This document shows positions 61,331 through 64,000 of a stretch of 64,000 nucleotides of DNA, one piece after another; position 1 is the stretch's first letter; every line of letters starts with the position of its first letter. A program made the translations under genes and the position numbers. The notes beneath the pieces are model-generated. The model was given only the letters and a program-made list of their open reading frames with translations, made no database searches and was not told where the DNA came from. The DNA comes from Eledone cirrhosa (taxonomy: Eukaryota), in NCBI GenBank assembly GCA_964016885.1, contig OZ024742.1, positions 334,800,001 through 334,864,000 of the forward strand, in the 5' to 3' direction.

Positions 61331-61574
61331 AGTTTCGTCATTTTTCCAATATGAAGGATGGGTCATAATTTTGTTTTTTGGCCAACTGATTTTATTGCAA
61401 TACAAAATATCCAGTAGTAAAAAAGCTGTACTATACACATGGCAATAATGACCCCCACCCCGGAAAACAAAGAGAAGAAAATAAGAAAAGGAATAAGAAA
61501 AAAGGGGAATTAAGCAACGAAAGAGAGGAAGAGGGGCCGGCAGGCTCTATACACCGAATTCGGTCAGTACCCGC

Positions 61575-62035
61575 TATCATGCCACCAGCTGGTTCCCTCG
61601 ACACGCTACTCTGAACAACATTAACAGAAGGAGCCTCGACGCAGCCGGCTTCCCGTCACAGCTGGAGCCAACTAGCCTCGACAATGATGATGGTAAGCGC
61701 CTCGACGGAATAACACTGTTTCCGTTCGAGTACGGTAAATACCTAATCTGGGGTGCGACATGTTGCGACTCGTTCTCCGCTCCTAATCTTACTGCTTCGG
61801 CTGCAAACCTAGATACCACCGTCCGTCCGCAACGCAGAGAAAAGGAGGAAGATATCTAAATAGCGAGGCTTGGCTGACCGCTTCCTTTTCCTATCAGACA
61901 CCGTCGAGATCATCGAAAAGACAGCAACCCGCCTGTGGAGTGACTATTGGAGTGGGTGTCACTAGCCATTCTCCGCTGTAATACCTTTGCCATTTTATCT
62001 GCGGGGTGTAGTTGAAACACCGCTCAGACTGCGGT
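61575..62035 (+). mobile_element. CRE-like RLE retrotransposon 3' relic
   Basis: Unlisted frame: PRHATLNNINRRSLDAAGFPSQLEPTSLDNDDGKRLDGITLFPFEYGKYLIWGATCCDSFS (RH..LN, EP, GKRPDG, WD.T pattern). Confidence 0.75.
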
Positions 62036-62237
62036 GCAGTACCACTTCCCCCTCCCTCTCTTTCTTTCTTTCGTTGCTTTATTCTGCTTTCGTTTCTTAC
62101 TCATTTTCTTATTTTCCTCACTGTTTTCACTCCTTTGTGCCATGTATATTGTATGTTGATAATTATCAACTATTTTTCATTTCCAGGTTTCTTGGACACT
62201 GGAAGATATTTGTCGAATATCGCCTAGAAATACCAGC

Positions 62238-62580
62238 AACGTTAGCTTTGCCTTTCATTCTTACGATGTCGATAAAATACCGCACTGGGGCCGATTTAAT
62301 CAACTTTCCCCTCCCCAAAAATTGCTTGCCTTGTGCCTATAGTAGAAATCGTTATTATTCACAATCTGAAGGCAGTAAATTTGTAGTAGCAGTAGAGCGT
62401 CGGAGGCTCTGTTTCGTAGCATAAAGTTATGGTCCTTTACGTTGTGGGTTTTAATATCGCCGTTGTTAGCTTTGCCTTTCATCCTTACGAGGTCAATGAA
62501 ATAAAGTACCAGTAATGTACTGGAGTCAATTCAATCGACTTTACCCTCCACCCCAAAAAATTGTTAGCCTTGTGCTTGAA
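62238..62580 (+). mobile_element. Two adjacent SINE copies (Meta-like core)
   Basis: 'gttagctttgcctttcat.cttacga.gtc.at.aaata' twice. Confidence 0.8.
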
Positions 62581-63237
62581 CCTTACACATAATATTCTAA
62601 ATGTAGCTGGAATATATCCCCCGCGTCTTGAACATTCCCTTAACATAAAGGAACAACTGACAGAATCCCACATAATTTACAGTAGACGCCAACCCCTCAA
62701 TCTAAAGAAACTGTTTGACTAAGGCCAAATTTACATGAGAAAAGGAATTAATGTAAGTTCGAAAGCGTGGTGACCCTCGGTGTGGGACATGCGAATATAC
62801 TAGAGAGAGTGAACAAATTACTTTTAAAAACAACGAAACATAAAATTAACGCAAATAAGAATTGCAAATGAAGAAACTTGATCTATTGTGCTACTTTCAC
62901 TGAATACAAAGAATGCAGAAAATGAAAGGGGAAAAGTATTGTATGACAGAATAAAGGTACATAAACAACAAATTACGTAAAACAGCGGAAAAGAGAGATT
63001 TACAATATTTGTATTTTTTAAAGATATAGTGTGAAAATGCAAAGAATATGTTATTTAAAATATTACAAGCCGAAACACAACATTTGATCCACCTGGAAAA
63101 CCATTATTCAACGATTTAAAAGTCACATAAGAATGTCAAAAGCAAACACCGCCTGGAAAACCAAATGCAGGTGAGCGTTCTTAGTTTTCAAATCTACAAT
63201 TCTTGTAGATTTGAAATGTTTCAATTTTTCCGAGTGG

Positions 63238-63393
<156 letters not shown>

Positions 63394-63552
63394 AACTGCT
63401 CTGTAAATCATCTGATGTTTTTACATTGAGCTACTTAACTTACTCGTAATAAGGTAGTAATACATTGCTGCCTACCACTATTTAGGGTGTATGTAAAATA
63501 CTTATAACTGCATAAGGTTTTGTACTTACATAACCATAAATAGTATAACTAA

Positions 63553-63605
<53 letters not shown>

Positions 63606-63633
63606 TATATATATATATATATATATATATACA

Positions 63634-63765
<132 letters not shown>

Positions 63766-63804
63766 CAAATAACGAAACGAAATTAAATTTCGTTTCGTTT
63801 TAAC

Positions 63805-63835
<31 letters not shown>

Positions 63836-63859
63836 GATGTATATATATTTTATCTTAAC

Positions 63860-63956
<97 letters not shown>

Positions 63957-64000
63957 TGTATATATATATATTTATATATATATATATAGATGTATATATA

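Overview
Eukaryotic, AT-rich, repeat-saturated non-coding DNA, probably intronic or intergenic. The SINE families and dense (TA)n/(CA)n/(CATA)n/(GA)n tracts suggest an octopus or other coleoid genome (inference). No intact host gene is visible, and most ORFs in the track are microsatellite translation artefacts. Mobile elements present: several decayed Penelope-like elements (PLEs), a near full-length R4/Dong-type RLE LINE in (CATA)n, CR1/L2, RTE and CRE fragments, Helitrons, a mariner relic, hAT-like MITEs and many tRNA-derived SINEs. The most striking signal is about 15 type I hammerhead ribozyme (HHR) motifs from several unrelated families, read by eye. Two non-coding, retrozyme-like tandem units (466 bp and 526 bp, one HHR per unit) sit in (TA)n as outward-pointing fold-back palindromes. 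In both, the inversion junction falls on the G of the ribozyme's catalytic GAAA, and several smaller palindromes also fold back at or next to an HHR.
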